Source of the DNA: the human T2T-CHM13v2.0 reference genome, Homo sapiens | NCBI RefSeq assembly: GCF_009914755.1 | Contig: NC_060936.1 | DNA: 64,000 nt | Reading direction: 5' to 3' (one strand) | Shown here: positions 1 to 15,124 of the stretch, piece by piece | Position numbering within the stretch: the stretch's first letter is position 1 | How the letters are laid out: every line of letters begins with the position of its first letter | Notes under the pieces: model-generated | Told to the model about the DNA's origin: nothing | The model's input: only the letters and a program-made list of their open reading frames with translations | Database searches by the model: none | Made by a program: the position numbers and the translations under genes

Positions 1-692
1 GGTTCACATTGATTTATATACAATAACATTTGCATAATTCATAATAGCTCTCAAAAGGAGACAAACAAAATGTCAAACAATAGGAAATTGGTTAAATAAG
101 TCATGGTGTATTTATATGATGTTTAATAAAAGTTACATTGTGGAAACGTATTTTTTGACATGGAAATATTCTTGAGATGCTAAGTTAAAAAGAAAAATTT
201 TAAATAATATGTATACTATTATTCTGATTATCCATTGCTTATAAATATGTTTGAAAATTCTCCCAAATATAAACAAATATGCCGTTCCATATGAATATAT
301 TTGCATATAATATATGCTAACACATTATTAGCATATATTATATGCTCATCAGTGATGACCTCTGAGTGCTGTATTTAGGAGGCTTTTAAAATTTGTTTTT
401 TTGTGTGTGCTTTTTCTATATATTTTGCCATTTCCCCCATTAAATAACCACTGCTTTTGTAATGAGAAAATAGCTACAAAATTGGGTTTTTAAAATTAGG
501 TCATTGATAACCTTAGAGTAATTTCAGTATGTTATAAGTGTGGAAGATTTTTAAATTTGTTTGAGTAGTGAGTGTGACTGGAAGCGGAGGCAATGAATAG
601 AGACTGCGCTTCAGAGCATCTGGCAGTAAGGAGCACTAGTGAGAAACAAGGGTAAGTTTTGGGGAGGTCAGATTGAGGGAAAAGAAGATGGG

Positions 693-995
693 GACCAGGC
701 GTGATGGCTCACACCTGTAATCCCAGCACTTTGGGAGGCCGAGGCGGGCAGATCACGAGGTCAGGAGTTCAAGACCAGCATGGCCAACATGATGAAACCC
801 CGTCTCTACTAAAAATACAAAAAATTAGCGTGGTGGCGGGTGCCTGAAGTCCCAGCTACTCGGAAGACTGAGGCAGAAGAATCACTTGAACCCAGGAGGC
901 GGAGGTTGCAGTGAGCCAAGAACGTGCCCCTGCACTCCAGCCCAGGTGACAGTTGAGACTCTGTCTCAAAAAAAAATAATAATAATAAAAAAATA
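693..995 (+). mobile_element. Alu (AluS)
   Basis: Full dimer with A-tail; TSD AAAAGA(A/C)GATGGG. Confidence 0.93.
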
Positions 996-1719
996 AAAGA
1001 CGATGGGATATGAATATATTTGGAGGATAATGGGAAAAAGACAATGGGGAAAAACATTTGTACATAGATTAAGGTTATCTAGAGATATAATATCTTTTCC
1101 TTAGCCACGTACCTTTGTATATAGGTTCAAAGGAAATGAAAAATGCAAACTACTGTGCTCTTAATACATAATAAAACGTGTATAAACATGATGAAGTGTT
1201 AGAAGGTTGCATTAGGGTTCTCCAGAGACGTGGAATCAATAAGATAAAGGCCAAAGAACTATCGTGGGGGGTCTTCTTTATTTGTTATCATACTCTTCCC
1301 TTATGTTTAAATATTTACTGATACATAATAATTGTACATATTTAGGGGGTACATATGATGTTTTGATATATGCGTGTTTAGATTTTGATATTGAGAACAA
1401 AAGAGAGAATGGAGGGCGTCACAAGCAGTGTTTGTCACAAATAACATCGTGATAAAACCAAAAATAAAAAGAAACAATGTGTAATGATAAACTCAGGGAA
1501 ATTAGAATATGCATCACCTCAAGCATTTACCATTTCCTTGTGCTAAGCACATTTCAAATATTCTCTTAGCATGGGACTCTTAGCTGACCTCAGAATCTAC
1601 AGTACCATGGAACACTAGACTTCTGAGAAAAAAAAAAAGAGACTGAAATATCATTAAGATAGCATTTAATAGATAGCATGAAGAAAAGATAGTCATAGCG
1701 TGCAAAATTTCTTAGCTTC

Positions 1720-2130
1720 TGCAGAGCTTATAGCTTGCAGTGAACGCCAACTTCTCAGACAATTCCAGCTGAGTGGGGCCGTGGGGCAGCTCTTCTGAGA
1801 GAGTCCGCCCCAGCGTCCGTCCGCCAAGGATTTATTGAAAGGGCTTGTTAAACCACAAACATCCACTAGATGGCTTTTTTGAGGTGGGGTCGTGAGACAC
1901 CTGTGGCCTTGTAAAAGCGCTCAAACTGCATGCTCAGCAGGGTGTTTTCAGTATTCCTTATCACACCACGGACTCCACTCCCTGTCCTGTTTTCAAGGTC
2001 AAGGAGTTTCATTCTCATGCACAAAGAACATACACACAGTGCCTCGGTATTTTTCCATGCCCCAACCTCACATGTCATGTACATAAGCTTTAATAAGTTG
2101 CCGTGCACTCCCACGGCTTCTATTACCCAC
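1720..2130 (-). mobile_element. Probable ERV solo LTR (family not identified)
   Basis: TG...CA termini and an internal AATAAA on the minus strand; GC/CpG-richer than flanks. Confidence 0.45.
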
Positions 2131-3161
2131 ATAACTCATCTAAGGAAAACTCTTTTAAAAGGACTATTCAATCGAAAAATAAATCAGAACACAGACTTCA
2201 AAATCAGAGAAGATGAAGAGAACAAATAGTGAGCAATGATTCATCTGTTGTATATATAATTAAGTCTGAGTAGATAATGATATAGTGACTGGGAATTCGT
2301 AATGTAAATGCTAAATAAAGATGCTTGAAATAATAGAGGTACTCGGCAAGAGAAATCATAATAACAGTCTAGAATTGAAGTGCTAATCTCCCTAAATCTT
2401 TGAAGTTGACAGGGGATACAGAGAAAGGAAACGGAAGTGATGAAAAGATGTCAACTTGAGAGTAAAGATGGAAGGTGGGGAAGTAAATATTCTGGAAGTC
2501 TCTACTTTCTGAGGTGGGAGAAGTAGTGATGTGGCTGGATGTACAATAACTGGTATTTCATAAAAGACCAAAGAAATGTAGTTTGACTATGCATGCCGCG
2601 AAAGAGAATGTAACAACCAATGAAATAGAAAAATACAGTATTACTTCTAAATTAACCAAGAAAAAAAGAGGAATACATATTCTACCATTTTGGTATCACT
2701 TCGGGGAAATTAGTAACAGAGAGCTGAAATAACAGGGGCTTAAACATAAAAGTTTACTCTTCCCTCATGTACAATATATCTGAAGGTAGAACTACCTAAG
2801 ACTGATGCAGTGGCCTCATGATTTCATCAATGTCCAGTTTCCTTTTATCTTTTTTGTTCCGATATCATTAATATTCAGTTTCCATCTTCAGTGTCATCTT
2901 ATGAATGCTATATGGCCATTATTACTTCCATATTCCAAGCAGGAAAAAGGAGGAAGACTGAAGCACAAAGCTTCTCTCGTCTGTGTCACCCTCTGCAAGG
3001 AGTTTGCAGTTGGACTGGAAAACCCACATTTCCCACTGAGTGCTTTACCACTCTCAGTGGAACTTAGGTTCTGATACTGAGAACAAAGGAGAGAATGGAC
3101 AATGAAGGGATCACTAGCAGTTTTCATTACAAATAGTATCTTGAAAAAACCTTAACAATAA

Positions 3162-3458
3162 GGTGAGGTGTGGTGGCTCATGCCTGTAATATCAGCACTT
3201 TGGGAGACCGAGGTGGGCAGATTGCTTGAGCCCAGGAGTTCCAGACCAGCCTGGGCAACATGGCGAAACCCTGTCTCTACAAAAATATACAAAAAATTAG
3301 CCAGCATGGTGGGACGTGCTTGTAGTCCCAGCCACTCAGGACACTGAGGCGAGAGGATCACCTGAACCCAGAAAGTCGAGGCTGCAGTGAGCCATGATGG
3401 TGCCACTGCATTCAAGCCTGGACGACAGAGTGAGACCCTGTCTCAAAAAATAAATAAA
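3162..3458 (+). mobile_element. Alu (AluJ-like)
   Basis: Alu dimer with J-type diagnostic positions and A-tail. Confidence 0.9.
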
Positions 3459-3937
3459 AGCAAAAGAAACAATAGAAAAACACAAGAAGGAAGGAAAAAT
3501 CATATTTACAGTTTTTAAATGTGAACGAACTGAATTCTCTTATTAAAAGATAAAGACCACCAGATTAAATGAAAAATACAAAACCACTTAAGTTGCTTAG
3601 AAATACAATTGTAACGAAATTGTTTTATAAAAAGGCTGAACACAGGAAGCACCTTCCCCAGTTTCTTCATCTTATTCTTCAAAGGGTAAACAAGAGTTCA
3701 GAGCTGATGATGATGACAATGAATAAAGACAACACAAAAATGTAGATATTTAATTGAAAAATATTAAGTATTTCCTTTTCATATATCTAGAGCAGCTAAT
3801 TCAATGGTTTTTCAAATTACAAGATTAATATATAATTTATCTCTAAGACAATTTGCTTTTCATCAAATTGCACAAATCCCATTTAAAAATGTAAGACAGC
3901 ACAATAAATATTGTGGAAAACTTATTGATATGCATTA

Positions 3938-4398
<461 letters not shown>

Positions 4399-4616
4399 CA
4401 CTATTATAACTTTTAAGATTGTAAGAGTGCTGTTTGTATTTTGGGATATTATGATTTGATTGAGTTTATAGGGAGGAATTTAGTGGTAAATTATTTTATA
4501 ATTACAAAAATATGTACATAGGATTTTAGATTTCATAATGAATAAATTTATTATCAGACAATGATCATAATCATGATTAATTCAATGCCAATTATTAAGA
4601 AACTACTTATTGGGCG

Positions 4617-4912
4617 GGCTGGGTGTGGTGGTTCAAGCCTGTAATCCCAGCACTTTGGGAGCCCAAGGTGAGTGGATCATGAGGTCAGGAGTTCAAGACC
4701 AGCATGGCCAAGATGGTGAAACCCTGACTCTACTAAAAATACAAAAATTAGTGGGGCATGGTGGTGGGTGCCTGTAGTCCCAGCTACTCAGGAGGCTGAA
4801 GCAGAGAACTGTTTGAACCTGGAAGGTGGAGGTTGCAGAGAGCCGAGATCGTGCCACTGCACTCCAGCCTGGGTGACAGAGTGAGACTCCGCCTCAAAAA
4901 AACAAACAAAAA
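4617..4912 (+). mobile_element. Alu (AluS)
   Basis: Alu dimer; TSD-like AAACTAC(T/C)TAT. Confidence 0.93.
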
Positions 4913-5033
4913 CTACCTATGGGTAATTAAAACATCAGCTTATAAATGTTGCAAAGGAATTATAGGAAAAACACATAATCTACATTTAAAATAAAGTATG
5001 TAATGAGAGGCTTTGAGTTGTCAGAAGGAAGTG

Positions 5034-7340
5034 TGATATGGTTTTTCTGTGTCCCCACCCAAATCTCACCTTGAATTGTAATAATCCCCATGTATCAAGG
5101 GCAGGGCCAGGTGGAGATAATTGAATCACGGGGGCGGTTTCCCCCATACTGTTCTCATGGTAGCAAATAAGTTTCACGAGATCTAATGGCTGTATAAATG
5201 GGAGTTTCCCTGCACAAACTCTCTTTGCCTGCTGCCATTAAGACGTGACTGCTCCTCCTTCACCTTCTGTCATAATTGTAACCCCCACCCCCCCCCACAG
5301 CCATGTGGAACAATGAGTCAGTTAAACCTCTTTCCTTTGCAAATTACCCAGTGTTGAGTATGTCTTTATTAGCAGTGTCAGAATGGACTAATACAATAAA
5401 TTGGTACTGGGAGTGGGGTGCTGCATAAAGATACCCGAAAATGTGGAAGCAACTTTGGAATTAGGTAACAGGCAGAGGTTGGAACAGTTTGGAGGGCTCA
5501 GAAAAAGACAGAAAGGTGTAGAAAAGTTTGCAACCTCCTAGAGACTTGTTGAATAGCTTTGGCCAAAATGCTGATAGTGATATGGACAATAAAGTCCAGG
5601 CTGAGGTGGTCTCAGATGGAGATGAGGAACTTGTTGGGAACTGGAGCAAAGGTGACTCTTGTTATGCTTTAGCATAACAAGCAGTGGCACTTTGCCCCTG
5701 CCCTAGAGATCTGTGGAACTCTGAACTTGAGAGATGATTTAGGGTTTCTAGTGAAGAAATTTCTAAGCAGCAAAGCATTCAAGAGATTATTTGAATCCTG
5801 TTAAAAGCATTCAGTTTTATGTATTCACAAAGATATGGTTTGTAACTGGAACTTATGTTTCGAAAGGAAGCAGAGCATGAAAGTAGAAAATTTGCAGCCT
5901 GACAATGTGATGGAAAAGAAAAACCTATTTTCTAAGAAGAAATTCAAGCCAGCTGCAGAAATTTTCATAAGCAATGAGGAGCCAAATGTTAATCACCAAG
6001 ACAATGGGGAAAATGTTTCCAGGGCATGTCAGAGGTCTTCAGGCAGCCTCTCCCATCACAGGCCTGGAGACCTAGGAGGAAAAAGTGGTTTCGTGGGCTG
6101 GACCCTGAGCCTTGTTGCTTTGTCCTTTCTCAGGGCTTAGTGCCCTGCATCCCAGCCATGGCTAAAAGGAGCCAACATACAGCTCAGGCCATTGCTTCAG
6201 AGGGTGCAAGCCCCAAGTCTTGGAGGCTTACATGTGGTGTTGGGCCTACGGGTGCACAGAATTGAGGTTTGGGAACCTCTGCCTAGTTTTCAGAGGATGT
6301 GTGGAAATGCCTGGATGTCCAGGGAAAGGCATGCTGCAGCAGCACAGCCCTCATGGAGAACCTCTGCTAGGGCAGGATAGAAGGGAAATGTGTGGTGGGA
6401 GCCCTGACACAGAGTCCCCACTGGGGCACTGCCTAGTGGACCTGTAAGAAGAGGGCCACCATCCTCCAGACCCCAGAATGGTAGATCCACCAACAGCTTG
6501 CACCACATACCTGAAAAAGCTGCAGACACTCAAAAACGCTAGATGGGAAGGCAGCCATGAAGGGGGCTGTGCCCTGCAAAACCACAGGGGCAGAGTTGCC
6601 CAAGACCATGGGAACCCACCTTTGCATCAACATGACCTGGATGTGAGATGTGGTCAAAGGAGATCATTTTGGAGTTTTAAGATTTGACCACCCGCTGGGT
6701 TTTGGATTTGCATGAGGCCTGTAGCCCTTTTGTTTTGGACAATTTATCCCATGGAATGGGTATATTTACCCATTGCCTGTACCCTCATTGTATCTAGGAA
6801 GTAACTAACTTGCTTTGGATTTTACAGGCTCATAGGTGGAAGGAAATTGCCTTGTCTCAGATGAGACTTTGGACTGTGGACTTTTGAGTTAATGCTGAAA
6901 TCAGTTAAGACTTTGGGTGACTGTTGGGAAGGCATGATTGGCTTTGAAATGTGAGGGCATGAGATTTGGGAGGGGCCAGGGTGGAATGATATGGTTTGGC
7001 TGTGTCCCCACCCAAATCTCACCTTGAATTGTAATAATCCCCACGTTAAGGTTGAGGCCAGGGGGAGATAATTTAATCATGGGGGTGGTTTCCCCCATAC
7101 TGTTCTTGTGGCAGTGAATAAGTCTCATGAGATTTGATGGTTTTAAAAATGGGAGCTCCCCTGCACAAGCTCTCTTTGCCTGCTGCCATATAAGACGTGA
7201 CTTTGCTCCTTCTTCACCTTCCACCATGATGTGAGGTCTCCCCAGCTATGTGGAGCTGTGAGTCAATTAAACATCTTTTCTTTATAAATTACCCAATCTT
7301 GGGTATGTCTTTATTAACAGCATGAGAACAGACCAATACA
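5034..7340 (+). mobile_element. Full-length THE1 (MaLR, THE1C/D-like) provirus: LTR 5034-5395, internal 5396-6986, LTR 6987-7340
   Basis: Two LTRs TGATATGGTTT...AATACA, polypurine tract before the 3' LTR, 5-bp TSD AAGTG on both sides. Confidence 0.92.
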
Positions 7341-9224
7341 AAGTGTGAAAGTGTTGGGTGCTTGAAGGATGGAAGAGAATAGGTACAGAAAGAGAGAAAT
7401 GTCAAGGACACATCTGTCACACTTGGAAATTTTACCAAGGACCTCCAAACCAGATTGCAAACTCTTGGTTTTCCATTTGCCACAACTGTGTCAAGTCACT
7501 GTAACTCCAGTGATACCCTTAATAGTCCTGGTTTGACCTTTGGTTGCATGAGTAAGTTACATCTTGTACTGACTTTGTAATGTGGCTCTAACTATTCACA
7601 GACCTTGAAAAATAGAATATACTAGTCAATGTTCAGCTAACTTAGAATAATGATAGACATGAAAGATAAACTTAATACTCAATCTGACTATACCAAAGGA
7701 AAAAATGTCAGTTTCACTAGTAAATCTTGATACAAGGAAGTGGAAGAACTATATCTGTATTCGTTGCATAAAAGTTATGACACATAAAAGAGATTTGAAT
7801 TTAGTCTTTTCACTAATCATAAATAAAGCACGAAGATAACTTAGACCATTATAAACACGTTGCTTTTTATTTTACTAAGTTATTTACATATGCTGTCTCA
7901 CTGAATAAAACAACAATCCTGCTAATTAGATGGTATTATCATCATTCTACAGAGAAGACTAAAGAGAGGTTTAAGTGGTCTGCCCATGTTTACACTAGAC
8001 ACTGTCAGAACAAAGCCTCAAATGCAGATTTTCTAACACCAGGTCCAGTCTTACCCATAATACACCAAACTGCACACCAACCAAGTTTTCTTAAGGTCCA
8101 TGGAGCAATTGAAAATATGTCTAAAACATCTGGGGGTATGTGCAATGGGGAATAATGGTGTTGGATTATTTTACTAGACTTTCAAAGGAATTCATAATTA
8201 AAAAGCAAGCTAAGAACCACTGACCTATACTGTAAGTTACCTGAAATAAGGAACTTATTTTGTTTTATTCTTGTTTATACCCCAGCATTACTATAGTGCC
8301 TAGCACTACTATAATGCCTAGTACCAATATAATGAAAGGTGGTAAGGACTTATAAATTTGTGGATGAATCAATAGAATATGCCATATAATTTAAGATATT
8401 TTTCTGATGTTATTTGTATAACATGAAATTGTTCTGATAATTTGCTTCCCCCTGAATTATATAATAATCTATATAGATATTTTATACATTATTCCAAATA
8501 ACCCAAATAAAGTTCTTAAAATTTGGGGGAGATAAACATTTTAATTAAATCATCAGTGTATTTGGCTGCAGGAGCCAAACAGCACCTGAGGTAAGGTTAA
8601 AAAAAAAAATTAGAATTCAATTTAATTGATATCCAAGGGACAAAAAGAGTTATTCACACTGATAAAAGGTCCAACCTCTAAAGAAGGCATGGTTTAAATA
8701 ATAACTCACAATCACATTTTATAAAATAACTATGATTTAAAATATGATACATTGACAGAAACAAAAACATAGCAGGGGACAACAAGATACTATCAGGCAC
8801 ATATATATCAGGTAGACAAAAACCAATGGTTAGTTTTTACTTTCAAAATACAATTAACAACACTGAATACAGCTATAAGTTGAATGTTGTATTTTGAAGC
8901 ACATACCATGCTTTCTTGTTCAGGAACCATGAAATGGTTTCAAATATTGGTCACAAATAAAACTTCAGTAATATCCAAAATGAAGAAATTGCTCAGGTCA
9001 CATTCTTTAGTCCAAATTTATAACTAGAAATTAATACTGACAATTAAAACAGGAAAACATTTCAACTACCTAAAATATTAACCTCTTCAATAAGTGAGTT
9101 AAGATGAAGTAAAAATAAAATCATAGGTTACTTAGAAGTAATAAAATACACTATAACATTTTAAGAGTTTATATGTGGCTAAAGCTATAAATAAATACAC
9201 ACCCATAAATTATGGTGTTATTTA

Positions 9225-9511
9225 ATTAATTTAATTTTTGAGACAGGGTCTTGCCTTGTCACCCAGGCTAGAGTGCAGTGGCTCACTGCAGCCTTGACCT
9301 CCCGGGCTCAAGTCATTATCCTACCTCAGCCTCCCAAGTAGCTGGGACTACAGGCACATGCCACCATGTCCTGCTAGTTTTTGTATTTTTTTGGTAGAGA
9401 CAGGGTTTCACCATGTTGCCCAAGCTAGTCTCGAACTCCTGGGCTCAAGTGATCCACCCATCTCAAACTCTCAAAATGCTGGGATTTCAGGTGGCGCCAC
9501 CACGCCAGGCC
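9225..9511 (-). mobile_element. Alu (AluJ-like)
   Basis: Reverse Alu; TSD ATGGTGTTATTT. Confidence 0.88.
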
Positions 9512-9745
9512 AATGGTGTTATTTTAAAAACAAAGAATCGAAAATGAACTGAGGAGAAAAGAAGAAATGCAAAAAAACAAAAACAAAAACATAAAAATTA
9601 AAAAAGGTTAGAATATAAGAAATAACAATAGAAATTATTAAACATTTCTAAAAGGATAAATTGATAATTTCTTGAAGAAACTAACAGACAAATTTCTGAA
9701 AAAATATAATCAGAAGATAAAACAAAATTAGAAATGAGCAAGGTG

Positions 9746-10244
<499 letters not shown>

Positions 10245-10377
10245 TCATCTCCAGGGCAGGAACAGGTAATTAATATAGCACATAATTTTTAGAAAACAGA
10301 AATACATGAAAAGCAACTCAGTTTATTTTATTAAAACGTTACCATAGTATCTAAATATATAAGAATTTTCCCCAAAA

Positions 10378-10516
10378 CTTTATTTTATTTGTTATTTTTG
10401 AGATGGCGGTCTCACTATGTTGCCCATGCTGTTCTTGAACTTCTGGGCTCAAGCAATCCTCCCACCTTGGCCTCCCAAAGTGCTGAGATTACAGGCATGA
10501 GCTACTGCACCCAGCC
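10378..10516 (-). mobile_element. Alu monomer (FLAM-like)
   Basis: Left-arm Alu sequence only. Confidence 0.8.
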
Positions 10517-10685
10517 AAATTTCCCTAAAACTTTAATGTTTTATTCAAAATTTTAGGTCAGAAGTTCCTTCTTTCAAGGAATTTACAGATAAGTCACGGA
10601 AGACATATGAATCAAACTATAGTTAGTGAAATACACTTCCAGCAGTCTGGCAAACACTATCTGAATAACCCTTCCAGGGTTGAGA

Positions 10686-11930
10686 AATGGGAACAATTAC
10701 ACACTGTTGGTGGGAATGCAAATTAGTTCAGCCTATGTGGAAAGCTGTTTGGAGATTTCTCAAAGAGCTAAAAATGGAATTATTATTTACCCAGCAATCC
10801 CATACTGGGTATATACTCAGAGGAAAATAAATCGTTCTACCAAAAAGACACCTGCACTCATGTTTACCACAACACCATTCACAATAGCAAAGGCATGGAA
10901 TCAACCCAGGTACCCATCAATGGTGGACTAGATAAAGAAAATGTGGTACATATACACCACGGAATACTATACAGCCATTAAAAAGAATGAAATCCTGTCC
11001 TTTGCAGCAACATGGATGTAGCTGGAGGCCATTAGCCTAATCAAATTAATGCAGAAATAGAAAAACAAATACTGCATGTCCTCACTTGTAAGTTGGAACT
11101 CAACATTGTGTACACATGGACACAAAGATAGGAACAATAGACACTGGTGTAAAAAAAAAAAGTAGAGGTTCCTCTTCAAAGACTTTCTTCCCCATCTAAT
11201 TAGGAATAAACAGTAACTTTCCTTAGAAGCAAAATTTATTCAAAGACCTGTGCCAACATTCTTAAATATCTGCTATCTGTAATAAAGAAATCAATGTACT
11301 TTATGTTATCTCCCACAATTTAGCCTAAATATTTGCCCTGGCATGCTTATACTGGTCCAAGCAAGCATTAGGTCATAGCCTGTTCCTCTTCCTTATTTGA
11401 AGGTGTTTTTACCTTTCTCAGCATTCCACAAGTTACTTCCTCCTTCCTTTGTTCTCCTCTGCCTTTGCCTCTTTTAAAAGGTTCTAAGTTGCTAGCCAAT
11501 CAGGACAAATACAGAATGTGAGGTCCCGTTCCAGCCAGTGGAAATCAGACACAGCAGTAGTGTGGACGCATCAGGTTATAAATGACCCTGTCTCCTTTGT
11601 TCTGTGTACTCTGGTGACAAAACTGCTAGTGAGTGTACCCTTTCTGCAGAAAGTAAAAATGGCCTTGCTGAAGAAATTAAATTTATGTTCAAGTGCTATT
11701 TCTTTACGGCACTGGGGAACAAGCATTTCTAACACTGGGGATTCATGGGAAGGGAGGGAGTGGGGCAAGGGTTGAAAAACTAAAAAACTACCTATCGGGT
11801 ACTATGTTTGCTACTTGGGTGATGGGGTCATCAGAAGCCTGAACCTCAGCATTATGCAATACTCATGTAACAAACCTGCATGTGTATCCCTTGAATCTTA
11901 AAAAAGATAAAAATATTAAAAAAATAAATC
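10686..11930 (+). mobile_element. L1 3' end (L1PB/L1MA-like) split by an LTR insertion
   Basis: L1 ORF2 C-terminus and 3' UTR motifs at 10686-11147 continue at 11735-11930 with an A-rich tail. Confidence 0.85.
11148..11734 (+). mobile_element. ERV1 solo LTR (LTR10C-like)
   Basis: TG...CA, 587 bp, 4-bp TSD CTGG, CCAAT, TATAAA and ATTAAA in LTR order. Subfamily by recognition. Confidence 0.8.
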
Positions 11931-12588
11931 TAGGGTTACACTGGAGAATAAGCCTTGGGAATAAGCTGTAAGAAGTAAAAGTTGACTCTACTAATAGCCT
12001 AGGATACTCAAACAGGGCTAAAGTGGCCCCAGTCCATAGCAGTATGTTACCCGAAAAAAACAAGCAAATGCTAATTCTCTCTGGAGGCAGCATGCTCAAT
12101 TTAGTTTCTGACTCCCACAGATGACCTTCAACCACATATAAGTTCAGAATAAAAATGCTAAACATATGAAGACACAAGTATTGATGTGTCAGCAGAGAAA
12201 CAAAACATTCGCTGTAAACCACTGTTAAGTCATATTGGATTTATCTGTTAATTTTGACTGCAAAATATTTCACTGTAATTTATTCATCCACTCTCGTCAA
12301 TGGGCATTTGGTTTGTTGTTGCTATTGTGAGCAGTTCTACTAAGAACTTTAATGACCATGTCTCCTGGGGCATTCATGCTATCATTTCCTTTAGGTAAAT
12401 ACCCAGAGGTGGAATTGCTGCTTGAGCATATATGTGAATCTATCTTAAACTTCACAAGATAATGCAAACCCTTAGTTTCAAAAATAATTGAAACAATTTA
12501 TACTCCTACCAGCAATATAAGAGATTCTGTGTAACATTTGTTAATTTTTGTCAGTCTACTGAGTCCAAAGTTGTATTTCATTGTGGTC

Positions 12589-12875
12589 TTTTTTTTTTTT
12601 TTTTGAGAGAGAGAGATCGAGAGTCTTGAGTGCAGTGGCTGATGTCGGCTCACTGCAACCTCTCTCTCCAGAGTTCAAGTGATTCTTGTGCCTCAGCCCC
12701 CGAGTAACAGGGATTACAGGTGTGTACCACCATGCCCAGCTAACTTTTTGTATTTTTAGTAGAGACAGGGTTTCACCATGTTGCCCAGGCTGGTCTTGAA
12801 CTCCTGTCCAAGTGATTTGCCCACTTCAGCCTCCCAAAGTGCTGGGATTACAGGCATGAGCCACCACACCCAGCC
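12589..12875 (-). mobile_element. Alu
   Basis: Reverse Alu dimer; TSD TGTGGTCTT. Confidence 0.9.
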
Positions 12876-13489
12876 TCAGTGTGGTCTTGATTTGTAGTTT
12901 CTTGATGACTGATCAAGCTGAACATCTCTTCTTACGCTTATTGGCCATGTTTTTCCAGTCTTTTGCCCATTTTTCAATAGGCTTGTTTGAACTTGGTTTC
13001 AATTTTTATTCAACTAGTTGCCTAGTTCATTGCATTATTCTTGGACAAAGGACAAATTAAATATACAACATTAGGAGATTCTCCAAATACAACCTGCCTG
13101 GAAAATACTCTGGCATTTGTTTATGCTGCTTTTCCCCCAAATTTGGTGTGGCCTTCTTCAATGGGTCATTAGCTCAGAACAGATGGCACCTGTGCTCTTT
13201 GAAGATACCCATACACTTGGCTGACAAAATTTGTCCTTTTGTATACCAATAGCATTTGATTTATACCACTCTATTAGAGCAAACCATATGTGTACAACTA
13301 CACGTCTTTCCCCTTTCTCTCCTAGAAAAATAGGAGTTTCTTGATGGCAGTAACTTGCTCATTTATCTCTGAATATTCAAAATATGCTTGGAAAAGAGGC
13401 ATTAAACAAATGTTCAAAATTCAAAAGGGATGACTTTGCTACAGGATCAAATTTCAATGCATTCCATTCACTTTACATTTTATAATTCT

Positions 13490-13595
13490 TATTTTATGTA
13501 GAGATGGGGTCTCACTATGTTGGCCATGCTGGTCTCAAACTCCTGGCCTCCAGCAATCCTACTGCCTCAGCCTTCCCAAAGTGCTGGCATTATAG
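13490..13595 (-). mobile_element. Alu monomer fragment
   Basis: Left-arm Alu sequence. Confidence 0.75.
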
Positions 13596-14532
13596 CCACC
13601 CCCACCCCGCCCCCCTCATTCACATTTTAAGTGAGGCATTACAGAGTTTTAAATCAAGTTCTTTAACATTTTTAGTAAGCAATTTTACTATTAATAGTAA
13701 ACTTCAGAAAATCTTGATCGTTTTCAGTTTGAGATATTCTGTTCAGTTATTGAACCGTGTGACCCAGTTTTGGTTTGGAAGATATGATTACTGTCAGGAC
13801 TGGGTACTTACTATACCATAGGACTCAGAGTCACAGACAAAAATAAATATTTCTTGGGTTTAGATAATTAGGTTATATTTTATAAAGAACAAAACACAAA
13901 CAAAAAAATAACTATGCTACAAGGGAAAATATAAGTTCTATTCTAATCAAAGAATTGAGACCACTACAAAAATAAAAAAAAACCCCAAAACCATGAAATA
14001 TTTAAACAATTCCATATAAGTTAAATACTTAAGGAAGAGTTTTAACTGTCATACAAATATCTACAGTATTTCTATCCTCCATCGGGGCCCTAACTTTCAT
14101 CCTTAATTTATGTGAAACCCAAAATCACTCATTTGGTCATGCAACAAATATTGAGGGCACGAAAGTATGCCAGACTCTATTTCTTTTAAGTAACTCAATT
14201 TTTCACTTGCATTAAAGAAAATTGAACTTCTCCGAGTGTCTCACTGTCTTAGAAATTAAACTAACACCAGTATTGTGTACTCACTTGAAGTCTTTATGGA
14301 GTAGGAGAAAGTACTTAGAAATGACACGTCAGCAAAAAGGAACAGGGGAGCCTTCCTGGCAGAAGAAGAGGCAAATGTCAAGATCAAGCGGTGCGGAATC
14401 CTTCGCCAGCTGGGTTCCAATCTTGACTCCAGTTCTTTAACCCCTGGGGCTGGGAAACTCCCTTAGAGTGACTTCAGCCCACCGCACCAAGGAAGCTATA
14501 TGACTTCTTCATGTTTAGAATAGCTAGAGCAA

Positions 14533-14838
14533 GACCAAGCGTGGTGGCTCACGCCTGAAATGCCAGCACTTTGGGAGGCGGAGGCGGGTGAATCACTTGA
14601 GGCCAGGAGTTCAAGACCAGCCTGGCCAACATGGTGAAACCCCGTATCTACCAAAAAAAAAAAAAAAAAATACAAAAATTAGCCAGGCGTGGTGGCGCAG
14701 GCCTGTAATCCCAGCTACTCGGGAAGCTGAGGCAGGTGAATCGCTTGAACCCGGGAGGCGGAGGCGAGATCGTGCCACTGCACTCCAGCCTCGGTGGCAG
14801 AGCTAGACTTGGTCTCGAAAAGAAAGGAAAAAAGAAAA
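14533..14838 (+). mobile_element. Alu (AluS) with right-arm deletion
   Basis: Alu dimer with long central A-tract. Confidence 0.9.
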
Positions 14839-15124
14839 GGTAGAGAAGGGGCAGATTAGTTAACGCGGCATGGATCACACCGCATCCTGGGGTGCCAAGC
14901 CTAATGAGAAGTTAGGAAGGACAGAGCCAGGAGTAGAGCGAGGCTGTTATACGGAGCTTTACCGGAGGCCGGGGCGACCCCTACGGCCTGGACGCAGGCT
15001 GATCACCAGGTCTTCCGCCCCCTACCCTCGCCTACTGGAAAGTGCGCTTAACTGGTAGCACCAGCCCCACCTTTCTCCAAGACCCTCACTACACCCCGGG
15101 AGTACCGGGTAGGACCACGCGCTT

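Noticed and set aside
5835-6687. Cluster of 60-100 aa ORFs
   Set aside because: Fragments of the decayed THE1 internal region.
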